A stretch of 64,000 bases of DNA from the human T2T-CHM13v2.0 reference genome, Homo sapiens. The stretch lies in the NCBI RefSeq assembly GCF_009914755.1, contig NC_060930.1. The stretch is one strand, 5' to 3'. How positions within the stretch are numbered: position 1 is the stretch's first letter; each line of letters starts with the position of its first letter. A program made the translations under genes and the position numbers. Below the pieces are notes generated by a model. That model was given only the letters and a program-made list of their open reading frames with translations, searched no databases and was not told the DNA's origin. Shown in pieces: positions 14,248 to 28,378 of this stretch.

Positions 14248-14613
14248 TGCTGCAGACTGAATGTTTGCCTCCTCTCAAAATTAATATGTTGAAACCTAAT
14301 CCTTAATGTGATAGTATTAGGATGTGGGGCCTTTGGAAAGTGATTAGGTTATGAAGGTGGAGCCCTCGTGAATGGGAGTAGTATCCTTATAAAAGATACC
14401 CCAGAGAGGTCCCTTGTCCCTTCCAACATGTGAGGCTACAGTGAAAAGATGGCCATCTGTAAACCAGGAAGTGAGTCCTCACCAGATACCACATCTGTTG
14501 TGCTTTGATCTTGGATTTCCCTGTCCCCAGAACTGTGGTAAATAAATTTCTGTTGTTTGTAAGCCACCTAGTCTATGGTGTTTTTGTTATAGCAGCCTGA
14601 ATGAGATAAGATA
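14248..14613 (+). mobile_element. Solo MaLR LTR (MLT1A-like)
   Basis: TGCTGCAGACTGAATGTTTG...GGGGCCTTTGGAAAGTGATTAGG...CCTTATAAAAG...AATAAATTTCTGTTGTTTGTAAGCCACC...GTTATAGCAGCCTGAA. Confidence 0.85.
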
Positions 14614-15823
14614 GAACATAGTTCTTATAATGAGCTAACATCACTAACCTCTCAGTTAGCTGTGAACTGTGGCCCTGAGAGATGCTCCAGCTAGATCCTA
14701 GAGCTGTTTCAACACTGTCACCTCTGAGCTATGTGGAGGCCTAAAATTCAATCTCCAGGACAGGGTACATGTGAAAGACAGATGTTAACAAGGTAAGCAA
14801 GCAGCTGCTTATATGATTGCTAAACACAGGGTGGTCCCAAGTGGGATCGAGAGCCCAGATTCCAAAGCACAACTTAAAATAACACACCATTTGTGTGAGA
14901 TGTTGTAAACCACCAGTAATCAGCAGACTGTTGCTAAACTTCAGCCATTGCCCATAAGAATGCCTTGTGAGTTCATGACACTGTGCAATCGAGAAAGCAT
15001 AGCCATGCCAGCAAAGCAGACTTCCTAGAGAACATAGGACAATGTGGTGTGGGTGTCAAGGGTGTGGGCAAGCAGTGTGGTTGGGAGGGTTGGTTATTCA
15101 GCTGGCTTTTCTGCCACACCTGCACACGTGGAGAGTCAACCATGGCACCTGTTGCCTAGTGCATGTTTTAAGAGTCTTATGGATGATGAGAGGACCTTCG
15201 TGAATTCACTACTGAAGATAGGTCATTTTTAATTAAAAAAATTATTTGGATGTCAGAGGAAGAAGTAGGGAATGAAAGAATATTTTATAATTCTGTAAAA
15301 GAAGTTTTGTTTCTTAAATGGTATGCAATGAGCCCACATGCAGGCTTATTTTATAAAATGTGCTAAAATTCATAAAAACATTGCCTAGTCCAAGTTTACG
15401 CCATTATTATGCTAAAGCTTACTAGATATCAATGATAATAGCAGTCTTACTGAAGCCTAGCAAAGTTTGAAGAAATTTGTACGCATCTGCATACTGTAAG
15501 GAAAATAATAGCTACAGCCCCATCTTATAAATTAGGAAGCTAGGTTCAGAGAGGCTAAGAACTGTGACCAGAGACATACAGCCAACAGTAATTATGGATT
15601 AGAGCATAAAACTCAAAATAAAACAATGTCTAAACTTGAATTTTAATTATTTAGAGTGCTCAAAATGCTACATTATAATCATTAAAAATACTGAGTTATA
15701 AGCATAGTTACATCAAAACTATTAAACTTTCACCATAATTGTTTGCCTTTAATCTCATGAAACTTAAGTGAACAAGCAAAAAAATTGTCAAAGTAGATTA
15801 TCTTTGTTAAAGATAGACTACTG

Positions 15824-16102
15824 GGCCAGGTGATGTACCTCACACCTGTAATCCCATACTTTGTGGGGCTGAGGTGGCGGATAGCTTAAGCCCAGGAATT
15901 CAAGACCAGCCTGGGCAACATGGTGAAACCCTGTCTCTTCTAAAAATACAAAAATTAGCTGGGTGTGGTGGTGCACGCCTGTAGTGCCAGCTGCTGTGGA
16001 GGCTGAGGTGGGAAGATTGCTTGAGTCCCAGGAGGCAGAGGTTGCAGTGAGCCAAGATCAGGCCTCTGCACTCCAGCCTGGGCACAGAGTCAGGTCCTAT
16101 CT

Positions 16103-16133
<31 letters not shown>
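15824..16133 (+). mobile_element. Alu (AluJ/S-like), full length
   Basis: GGCCAGG start, A-rich linker, long poly-A, flanking direct repeat agactactg. Confidence 0.92.
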
Positions 16134-16136
<3 letters not shown>

Positions 16137-18634
16137 CTACTGAACATCCTCACATTTTAGAAATTACTATAACTATTTGTCATAGTTTAGGATCCTGCAG
16201 CACAGCCTACAGACATCATAAAATAATCAGTTGCAAAACCAGACTTCTGCTTTTTGTGTCTACTCTCATCTTGCACCCAAACTGTGAGTCACTTTGATTG
16301 AGCTTCATAAACATAAAAGCAAATTATTTACTAATATATTTATCTGCAGTCTCCATCTCTTAATTTAGTATTGTTTCCTGGACTTTTAAGACTGTCATAA
16401 ATGTTTGTGGTTTTTCAGGTGGTTGAAGTGAATGGAGTCATTGTAAAACGCTTTCAATCAGCTGACCAATGCTTTATATAACATAAACCTACTTTATCAT
16501 CCTCTCCTAAAGAAGAGAAGATTTAGCTAGAATAATTATTAACAGAAGATGTGGAGATACAGAAGAAACTAGAAAATATCTCACAATCAATACATCTTTC
16601 AAGCAGTCAATCATTTGTCACTCATATTGCTTTTTTAAACCCAGCTTTACATGGAAGGAATAAATGGAACTCCAGTTTGGTTTTTCTTCTTTTTTTTTTT
16701 TTCTGTTAAGGCAGATTTAAAATTTTTTTTGGTTTACTTTTCATTGAATTTTGTCAGTTCTTGGTCGAATGTATGTATGTGTGTGGTTTTTAAAGAGGTC
16801 ATGCCTGTTTCTTTTTTTTAACGAACTAGAAGTATGTATTATAGCATGTTAGAATTGAAAGGGACCCCAAAGATGATCTAGTTCAGCCTTCCCATTTGAC
16901 AGTTGAGGAAACACTTTGTTTGGCATTTCTTTACTTTAAGGAAAGTTGGGGCACTGCCAAAATCAACACTGCCTGCTTTGAGTTTTCACTGCTTGTCGGA
17001 CAAACCTTAGGTTGGGGGATTGGGGGATATATACAAACAGGGACTAAAACAAGCAACATCATGCCGTCAGCCATCAATCTGGTTGTTGTCTTATTCTTCC
17101 CCAAAATAATTTCAAGTCAACTATAGACACAAACACTTGAAATGTATTAATTTATTTATTAAATAAAAATGGCTGATATTTTGCTTACTAAAAATCTGAT
17201 TATTTCTTTGGCTCCTGGTTAGATGAGCAAGTCAAATGTTAACAACCTGAGTACCATCGTCTATAACAAAACAGTGAATCAGCACCCTCTAGCACATTTC
17301 TGAGTCACTACTTTTTAAAAAAACCTTTTAAAAAATGTAACTGAAACTAAAATATTCTAAACACTGTGCTGGGTTTTTCATACTATCTCATTTTTAATTC
17401 TCATAAAATTGCACAACATAGCTTGAGACAGCTCTGTAAGTAGATAAAGATAATATACAATGTAGTGAGGTCTACTTCGTGTGTGGAAAGAGAGTTGTGG
17501 TCAGAGAGCAGCTGACTCTACTGAGGGAAGCAATGATGAATGAGAAGAGGCCCTGGATCCCTGGGAGCTCCCACCATAGTAGGAGAGACAGATCCCTGGA
17601 AAGGAATGTTGCAATAGGCATGTCAAGAACTATTGCACAGTTATTTCTTTTTAAATGGTGTGAGAGCAAAAAAAATAGAAATGCTAACTCTGGGGGTTTT
17701 GAAGATGACTTGAATGAAGAAGTTACATCAGACTGAGTATTAAAGGAAGAGAGTAGTTTGCCAGGTGAAAAACAGAAATGTCATTTAAGGAAGAAAGAAA
17801 AACAAGTGAGAAGGCATGGTATTGAGGAAGACTGTGATGTGTATGCACAGGAAAAGTAAGGGGGTCAGTGGTGCTGGAAACCGGGGTGCATGGGATGAAG
17901 TGGGGTGGAGATGTGTGGAGCAAGTCTGGGACAAGCTTCTGTGCCAATGTAGGGATATGGAAGTTGTCCTCTGGAAAACTGGAAGTATTGGAGGTTTTCA
18001 GTTGGAAAATAATGTAATTGGATTGCTGTCTTTCTCTTGCCATAAAAATTAAGAAATATAATCCTTAATGAGGAAAAAATACTAAAACATTAAAACAGAT
18101 ATAGTGTATAAAGCATAATTGTAAACACCTCTGTAACATATAACATTGTGAAAACCCTTCATCTCCTCCCCAGTCATATGTCATGGAAGACCCAAAAATG
18201 ATAACCACTGTCCTGATTCTTAATCACTTCTTTGTTGTTCCTTAGTTTTTTCACTTATGTATACATACTCAGAAAAGACAGTCTATTTAGACTAGTTCTG
18301 AACTTTTTATAAATGGAATAATACTGAACATATTCTTTGTGTTTAAGTTTTATTGCTCAATGTTTTGTTTTAAAGATTCATCCTTGTTGATATTTATTTA
18401 TTTACTTTGCTATATAGTATTTTCTTGTTTGACTATTTCACAGTTTATCTTGTCTGTTGTATATTTTTCTTTGGTTTTTAAAATCATTCTTATGTTTATT
18501 TGATCAGTTTTTATGTTTATTACCAGTTCTTTTATACCAGCTTTTTAAAAATAGCAATTATGAACAATATGAGCTTTTGTACTCTGTATCCCATTCACAT
18601 GGTGCATAACAGTCTCTAGGGTATACTCAAATTC

Positions 18635-19455
18635 ACTTTTTAAAAGATTTTATTTTTCTATGTGCAGTTTTAGGTTCATAGCAAAATTCAGAGAAGGGTA
18701 TAGCGATTTCCCACATACCTCCTGCTCCCACACATTCATATCCTCCCCCATTATCAACACATCCCACCAGAGTGATATGTTTGTTGCAACTGATAAACCT
18801 ACATTGACACATGATAATCACCCAAAGTCCACAGTTTATATTAGGGTTCACTCTTATGTACATTCTACATGTTTGGACAGATGTGTAATGACATTTGTCC
18901 ACCATTATAGTATCCAGATTAGTTTCACTGCCCTGAAAATCCTCTAGGTTCTGCTTGTTGATTCCTCTTGCCCCACAACTTCAGGCAAACACTGATTATT
19001 TTACTGTCTTTAGAGTTTTGCCTTTTCCAGAATAGTTGTAATTATACAGTATGTAGCCTTTTCAGATTGGCTTCTTTCACTTAGTAATATGCATTTGTTT
19101 CTTTCATGTCTCTTCATGGCTTGATAGCTCATTTCTCTTTAGCATTGAACAATACTCCATTGTCTGGATGTGCGATAGTTTATTTACCATTTATCCATTC
19201 ACCTACTGATGGACATCTTGGTTGCTTCTAACTTTTGGCAATTACAAGTAAAGCTGCTATAAACATCCATTTGCAAGTTTTCGTGTGGGCATAAGTTTTC
19301 AACTCAATTGAAATATCAATTGGTATCAATTGGATAGATACCAAAGAGCATGATTGCTGGATCATATCGTAAGAGTATTTTAGTATTGTAAGAAACTGCC
19401 AAACTGCCTTCCAAAGTGGCTGCACCATTTTTCATCCCCACCAACAACAAATGAC
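18635..19455 (-). mobile_element. L1 3' region (L1MC-like)
   Basis: GATTTCCCACATACC...CCTCCCCCATTATCAACA...CACCCAAAGTCCACAGTTTATATTAGGGTTCACTCTT...CTGCCTTCCAAAGTGGCTGCACCATT; minus ORF 19228..19428 resembles the ORF2 C-terminus. Confidence 0.8.
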
Positions 19456-21598
19456 ATATTCATTTTTCAGGAAGTTAACTCTGACAGGACTGAGTGGCAT
19501 AAACTGCAGTGAGGTGATGTAATGAGAATGTGGACCACATTCAGTGAGGTTGGAGAGGAGAGGTCCACACTGAGGGGTGGACCTGAAGCAGACTTAAGCT
19601 GCACAAGAAATGGAGTGGCATCACCAGTGACCCTGAGTTTTCTAGCTTGAAAGATTAATATCCTTATCTGACATCAAAATTCAGGAAAAATAAGTTGTAA
19701 CATAAGCTGAGTTCTATATTATGTTTGAAATGATTGCTAAACAAATAAGTGAAGATATCTTCTAGGCAGTTAAAAATGCCCATGTAGAACTTAGGAAAGG
19801 GAGATGAATATTTGGAAATGTTAACACAGAGTTGGTTGTTGAAGCCCTAGGAAAAGAGAATAATATCATTACCAACACTTTTGAGCATTTGCTATGTGCC
19901 AGGCACTATTAGAAGAATGTTGTATGTTTCAACTCTTAATTTTCACAACAACCCAATGAGGCAGATAATATTATTTTCATATTACAGATAACTGAGGCAC
20001 AGAGAGATCTACTACCTTGCTTAAGGTCACATGTCTAGTCTGTGGTGGTGCCAAGAGGAGATTATTCAGGGTGTGTATGTGGAAAGTACCCAATTTTAGT
20101 GAGTACCAATATTAATGGTTGGGAGGAGGAGGGAGAGCCTATGAAGGAGGCTTGGATGAATAGTCAGGGAGTCTGGAGGAGAGCCAGAGAGTGTTATTAG
20201 CAGCCAAACTTAAATTACCTTAATCAGGTAAGTACTGCAGGTGCCTGGCACTACCAGAGGAGGTCAGGTATCATGCCAAAGTAGAGTCACAGATCGTCAA
20301 GCTCTGAATCTACCTGTGAATGAAACTTATTCAAGATTGGTTCATTGCTTCCAAGATAGGAGGTGAACTTTTTTTTTTTTTAACTTTTAAAATAAATCTA
20401 AAAGTAAAATATAAAAAAAAAATTCTTGCCCTTGGGTTGCTTTCTCAGTTAAAGTAAAAAGAAAAATCCCTCCCATAAATAATTCAGTTATGTGTGGGTA
20501 TGGAAAGATAGTGGACAATGGGGAGTGGGGCTAGTGGGGAAGAGAACTGTGCTGAGTAAACAAGACAAAAGCAGTTGAGCTGAGTGGGAAGGAGAACAGG
20601 AAGAAGTCTGGGACAGTCCCTGTTCTGCCCAGGCCTGCACCTCCACCATCCCCCGCTGTGGCTTGGTGACTCTGATTAAAGTGGATGGGAGTAGGTGTCC
20701 AGGTGGCCCTTCAGCTGCACCTGGAACCTAACCCATGACCTTGTTTGTTGCTGGTGTTGCCTTGTTCCTCCGTGGATAAGCTACCTACTGTTTTCCACAG
20801 GGTTGGCAATTCAAGATTCCTTACGTTATTCTGAGCTGTGTGATGTGCTCAGACCGGCATGGCCTGTGCAGAAGGGCTCACATTCTAAGCTGAATAAAAT
20901 AGGAATGGTGCTGGCTCTGCAGTAGGAGAAGAGAAAATCTAAGCCTGCTTCTCATTCATTCATTCATCGATTCACTCACTGTTCCCACAAATATGTACTG
21001 AACACCTACAAAGTCCTAGGCACTATGCCAAGACCTGTGTAACTGAAAGAGGATTAAGTCAGGTGTTATCCATGCCCTCTTGGAATGTATAATCTAGTGG
21101 AGGAGACGAACAAAAATTAACAAGCAACAAATGAAAGATAAAACTCCTACATGTAATAAGGAAAAAATGCAGCTAAGAAAGGTGAAGGGGTGGATGGGGA
21201 ACTGTTTAGAAAGACTGGTCATAGAAGATGTGGTGGAGACTTCCTGTACTCGTCCATGTCAGGTTCTCTGCCTTTAAGGCATGGGAAAGAACCATACTTC
21301 CTCTTTCCATTGCAGTTCGGTGAAACCTTGTGGCTAGTTCTGAACAGATATTGGTATTTGAAGCAGGGTGCTTTATTAATTTAAAAACCCTAAAATATGT
21401 GGCATGGGCTTCGCAGTTCAGTGGTGGACAGCATAGAAATTGATAATGGAGGCTAGATAGATGACAATTCTTGTTATGTGGTGGTTGGTAAAGCCAACTT
21501 CTGTATTAACTTGGAGGAAGATTATGTAGCTAAAGAAAATAAGACTCTAAGGGAAAGGATTGGAAAATAATGTGTCTACTGTGTGTTAGCAACTACTA

Positions 21599-23377
<1,779 letters not shown>

Positions 23378-23769
23378 ACTACTAGCTATTTTTTTTTTTT
23401 TGACAAGGCTTTTTTAACTCAAGAAAAGAATTGGTTGCTTTGTTAACAAATATGAGAAGGAATGGAACTATTTCAGAAAATTGGGGCCTTGCAAAATTGC
23501 AAATTCTAACAGGTTTTAAACTCCAAATACTAAGTCAGAAATTGAGAAAGCCTTGAAAGATGAAGCCCATTAAAATAACCTGTGGATAGGTAAAATTAAA
23601 AGTATGTTGTCTCTACCTATGATAATGCCTTTCAATAGATTAAGGAATTTCAGGGCAGATAAAATTAAGGTATTCAATTGGATAAATACACACGGCAAAG
23701 ATCAAATTAAAGTTGTGGCTTTTCCACAGAAAATCATAGACTCATGTATATGCAGGATACCAGTAATGG

Positions 23770-23900
23770 CAAGAGAGAGATAAAGATAGAGAGACATGAA
23801 GAGCTAGATAGAGAGGGAGGAAGAGACAGAGGAAGGTAGGATAGATAGGAGGACCAGGGAAAGAGGGACAGAGAGACAGAGAGGGAGAGAGAGAGAGACA
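23770..23900. repeat. GA-rich low-complexity/simple repeat
   Basis: GAGAGAGA/GATA/GACA iterations. Confidence 0.8.
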
Positions 23901-25279
23901 CGGAGGATGGGGCAAGAAAGCAAAATGATAGAGTATATCTGAGAACCATGTCTTGGAAAGAATGGTGGATATTGGCAAATACTGTTTACTGGAATCAAAG
24001 AAATAAGAAGCTTACTAAATTACCACTTGGCAAAAGCCATAAAAGTTCCTACCTTGAGTATACAGAAATGTTCCTTGATTTTCAGGATTCCACTCTCTGG
24101 AGGGTCTTCTGTTATCTTCCTTTGCCATGTACTAATGGGCATATATTCGTCTTGGGGACTGTGTAATTCTCTTAGTGCGTGTCCTTCTTATGTAATGTCA
24201 GAAGACCATAGGTCTACTTGGGCTTGTGATTCCTTTGACTGTAAATCTCTCCCAAATTTTAGTAAGCTTCTTATCTCTTTGATTCCAGCAAGCTGTATTT
24301 GTCAATAGCCACAGTTCTGAGCTATATTTGTCAATAGCCACAGTTCTTTTCAATACATGATTCCATTCTTCTGCTTTCTTGAAAAGTAAATTTTCTGTTG
24401 TATACAAATGGATTGCATGAAATGTTCTTGCTTATTTTCCAATTAGTATGTCTTCCATGTCTTTTCATCCATACCAGCACATACAGATCTACCTCAATGG
24501 TATGGATCTACTTTGTATTCTATGCACCAATACTACATAACTTATTTAAATAGTACTCTACAACTTGACACTGTAGCAAGTTTCAAGTGATGCATTCTTT
24601 TTGGGAAGATCTTCCATGACAGTTTATGCTCTCCACAGAGTTCATTTAAATTTCTGAGATTTTATAATAGTGTCATCTATAATTTGAAGAACTCAAAATT
24701 TTGTTTTATTGTTATTTTTATTTTCTTCATTCTTATTCTTTAATCTTGTTATTTATTATTGTTTTCTTTGGAAATTCATATCTTTGATCATATATCATAA
24801 ATTAGTAAAGGAAATTTGAGTTCAGGAGAACTGGGATTGTGACGATAAGTGCCCATTGACAACAAAGCTCCATCACACATTATCACACATTGTGCTCTGC
24901 AGCTCTCATAAGAATGCAGACTAATGACATGACCCTGCTTGGAATGTGACTGCTAGATTCTAATACAGCATTAATCTTGGCCCCAAGACCCTCCAAAGAG
25001 AGTAAAATCAAGTTAAGATTCAAATATCTTAGGTATCACGTGCAAGATGCAATGCTGGATGCCAAAATTAACAAGTTAATTTACAAAATCTGACACTCCT
25101 AATCCCAAAGGGAGTATATTTCTGAATGTTAAAATTTGTGGATATATTCCGGATGTATATTGTGGATATATAAATTTGTAGCTACATATTGTGGCTCTCT
25201 CTCTCTTTCTATGTCTGTCTCTCTGTCTCTCTCTCCAACTCTCTCTCTCACCTCTGAAATAACAATTTGATTTGATGGG

Positions 25280-25633
25280 TGCTATGGTCTAATGTTGGTG
25301 TCCCCACAAAAATCCTATGTTGGAACTTAGTATTCAATACAATAGTATTAAGAGGTGAGGCCTGTTGAGAGGTGATTAAATCATGAGGGCTTCACTCTTG
25401 TGAATGGGATTAGTGCCCTTATAAAAGAGGTTGAAGGGAGGTGCCTTGTCTCTTCCACCATGTGAAGACACAGGAAAGTTGCCATCTATGAGGAATAGGC
25501 TCTTAGCAGACACCAAATCTGCTAGCATCTTGATCTTGGACTTCTCAGCCTTCAGTACTGTGAGAAATAATTTTTTGTTTATAAATTACCTAGTCTAAGG
25601 TATTTTGTTATAGCAGACTGAAAGACTAAGACA
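25280..25633 (+). mobile_element. Solo MaLR LTR (MLT1A/MST-like)
   Basis: TGCTATGGTCTAATGTTGGTGTCCCC...CCCTTATAAAAGAGG...GACTAAGACA; 5-bp flanks atggg / atgag. Confidence 0.85.
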
Positions 25634-25816
25634 ATGAGAAAACATTGTTTCACCAAAACTGCTAATAGACATAGGTCGTAAAAAGCACAGAAGGAAAACT
25701 AACTAGGACCTTTAATAGCCTCAGTGTATCAGATGATATTGATGATGGCGGTGACAACAACAATGGTAGCAACGATGATGTCAACAAAGACTTGGCCATA
25801 TCTAGTTTCTCTAAGT

Positions 25817-26177
25817 TGTTAAATCAAATTTATCCTAAAGCAGCCTCCTTACGTATCTTAAGTTCAGCCTAAAGGTTTCTCTGTAATGTAAGCAGACTGT
25901 AACCTACTGTTGTGCCAGTCAACAAGTTTTGGCCAATCAAAGGGGGTCAACTGTTCAAACTGTGTTCAAAGAAGGTAAATGCCAAGCTGTAACCAATCAG
26001 GCTGTTTCTATACCTCACTTCCATTTTCTGTACGTCACTTTCCTTTTTCTGTCTATAAATCTTCCACGGGATTCTCTCTGAGCCTACTCTGGCTCAAGAG
26101 GCTACCAGATTCATGAATCATTCTTTGCTCAATTAAACTCTGTTAGATTTAATTTGGCTATGTTTTTTCTTTTAACA
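25817..26177 (+). mobile_element. Solo ERV1 LTR (MER57A/B-like)
   Basis: TGTTAAATCAAATTTATCCTAAAGCAGCCTCCTTAC...GGCCAATCAAAGG...GCTGTAACCAATC...CTCACTTCCATTTTCTGTACGTCAC...CAATTAAACTCTG...TTTTAACA; TG...CA termini; flanks aagt / gagt. Confidence 0.85.
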
Positions 26178-26969
26178 GAGTTAAAATAACTATCTGCTGC
26201 AAGAACAAAAATTAGTGTGTTAATCAATAAGTACTTAAACTTTTGTGATAGGCTTAGGAAATTCACACTAAGAGAGGAATAAAAATCTTTAAAAGGCTTT
26301 TTTGAAATGTCATGGGATTGCCATTTAACAAATGACATCTCTGTGCCAAGGAAAGGGTCTGATCTTTCCCTCCTTCTGCTTTACACTTCCATTGGAAAAA
26401 ACTTTTATAAACGTTTAAAATATCTGAAGACAACAGCATGTTCCAGATTTTCAAATATGTTATCTAACATGAGCAATATATCCACAAATTTTAACATTCA
26501 GAAAGATATTCCCTTTAAGACTAGGAGTGTCAGATTTTGTAAACTAACTTTTTAATTTGGCATCTGGCATTTCTTCTTGCATATGTTACCTAAGATATTT
26601 GAATATTAATTTGATTTTACTCTTTTTGGAGGGTCTTGGGGCCAAGATTAATGTTGTATAAGAATCCAGCAGTCATATTCCAAGCAGGGTCATGCCATTA
26701 GTCTGTATTCTTATGAGAGCCGCAGAGAACAATGTTTGAGAACTAGCACACATGAAGACAATTGCAAGACACTTTCAGATTCACAGTGTGTATGTGCATT
26801 TCCTTTCAAGAAGTTCCTTTTCCAAGAAATGTTCTGTGGTTTCTGAAACCCATTCCTGACATTGAAAATGATAGTGCTGAAAAAGTACTACAGTTAAAGG
26901 AAACCAAAGGGAACCCATAACCATTGGCTTTACACTGTGCTTAATGTGAGACTCTACTACTCATTTCTT

Positions 26970-28378
26970 TTTATTTTTTATTTTTGACCTCTGAACTTTT
27001 TATTGGCCTCCTGCTCCTCGAAGGGTCCCCTACTTCTGCTGGCTTAATGTCTCAGAACTTTGGTGTCATTGGTCTCAGACACCACTTCGCCATCCACTAT
27101 TGGGCGGGTGGTGTCTTTTGGATGGTTTGCATGGAGTTGCTGTTGTCCAGGGCATCACCAAGATTGAAGTCCTCGCCATCTTCCAGCAGGCATTGGTAGG
27201 TGGCAATCTGAGTCTCCAGCTTGACTTTGATGTCCAGCAGGGCCTCGTACTGCTGGGCCTAGTGCTGTCCCTCTGCCTGGGTCTGTGCCAGCTCTGACTC
27301 CAGGTGCAGCAGGATCCCATTGAGCTGTTCCATCTGCAGGGCATAGCAGGCCTCCACCTCCCTCAGGCTGCTTTCCAAGCGGCCTTCAGATTTCTCATGG
27401 AGTCCAGGTCGATCTCCAAGGAATGGATTGTACATCTCAGCTCTGTGAGCGTCATCTCAGCAGCTCCAACCTCGGTGGACTGAGTGGTGGCCACTGTGGT
27501 GCTCACCTCAATCTGCTGAGACCAGTACTTGTCCAGCTCCTCTTAGTTCTTCCGAGCCAGCTCGTCATATTGGGCCCAGATGTCTTCCATGATCTTGGCA
27601 AGGTCCTGAGATTTGGGGGCATCTACCTCCACGGTCAGCCCAGAGCTGGCAGTCTGGGCTTGTAGGCCTTTACTTCCTCTTCATGGTTCTTCATGAAGAG
27701 CAGCTGCTTTTTGAGAGCCTCGATCTCTGTCTCCAGCTGCAGCCGAGTGACATTGGTGTCATCAATGACCTTGTGGACCCCATGGATGTCGCTCTCCACA
27801 GACTGGCACATGGGCAGCTCTGTCTCATACTTGACACTGAAGTCATCAGCAGCAAAACAGGCATTGATTTGCAGAACGATGCGGGCATTGTCCACAGTAT
27901 TTGTGAAGATCTGAGCCCTCAGGTCCTGATGGTCATGAAGTAATGGCTCCAGTCTCTGGCCTGGGGTCCCTTCTTCCCCAGGTGCTCCCGGATTTTGCTC
28001 TCCAGCTTCCAGTTCTCGGTCTCCAGGCTCCTCACTCTGTCCAGGTAGGAGGCCAGACAGTCGTTCAGGCTTTGCATGGTCTCCTTCTCATTCTGGATGC
28101 CTGCTATCCCTGCCAGACCCCTGGCCATCCCTGCAGCCAGGCCCCCGGATCCCATGCCGCCCCAGAAGCTGGTGGAGCGGGACACAGAGATCCGGGAACC
28201 AGAGTCCTGGGTGCCTGCATAGACACTGGCTGCACTGCTGACCAGCTGGGCGATGAAGCTGGGTGTCTGGACAGAGCCCAGGGAATGGTAGTTGGTGGAG
28301 AAGGTGGAGCAAGTGGTGAAGCTCATACTGTCCAGGGAGGAGAGCAAGAGGACAGGACTCAGGCTTTACCGATGACAT
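26970..28378 (-). pseudogene. KRT18P22: Processed pseudogene of keratin 18; CDS remnant 27044-28326
   Basis: Intronless [13 protein letters not shown]...[28 protein letters not shown]...KVLRH*; frameshifts; AATAAA plus T-rich tail; perfect 17-bp TSD tctactactcatttctt (26953-26969 / 28379-28395) at a TT/AAGA L1-endonuclease-type site. Pseudogene number from memory. Confidence 0.93.

Larger units (their letters stand above)
24887..26735. repeat. Inverted repeat, arms 24887-25148 and 26475-26735
   Basis: Manual reverse-complement alignment gives about 26 differences in 261 bp (about 90% identity). Confidence 0.92.
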
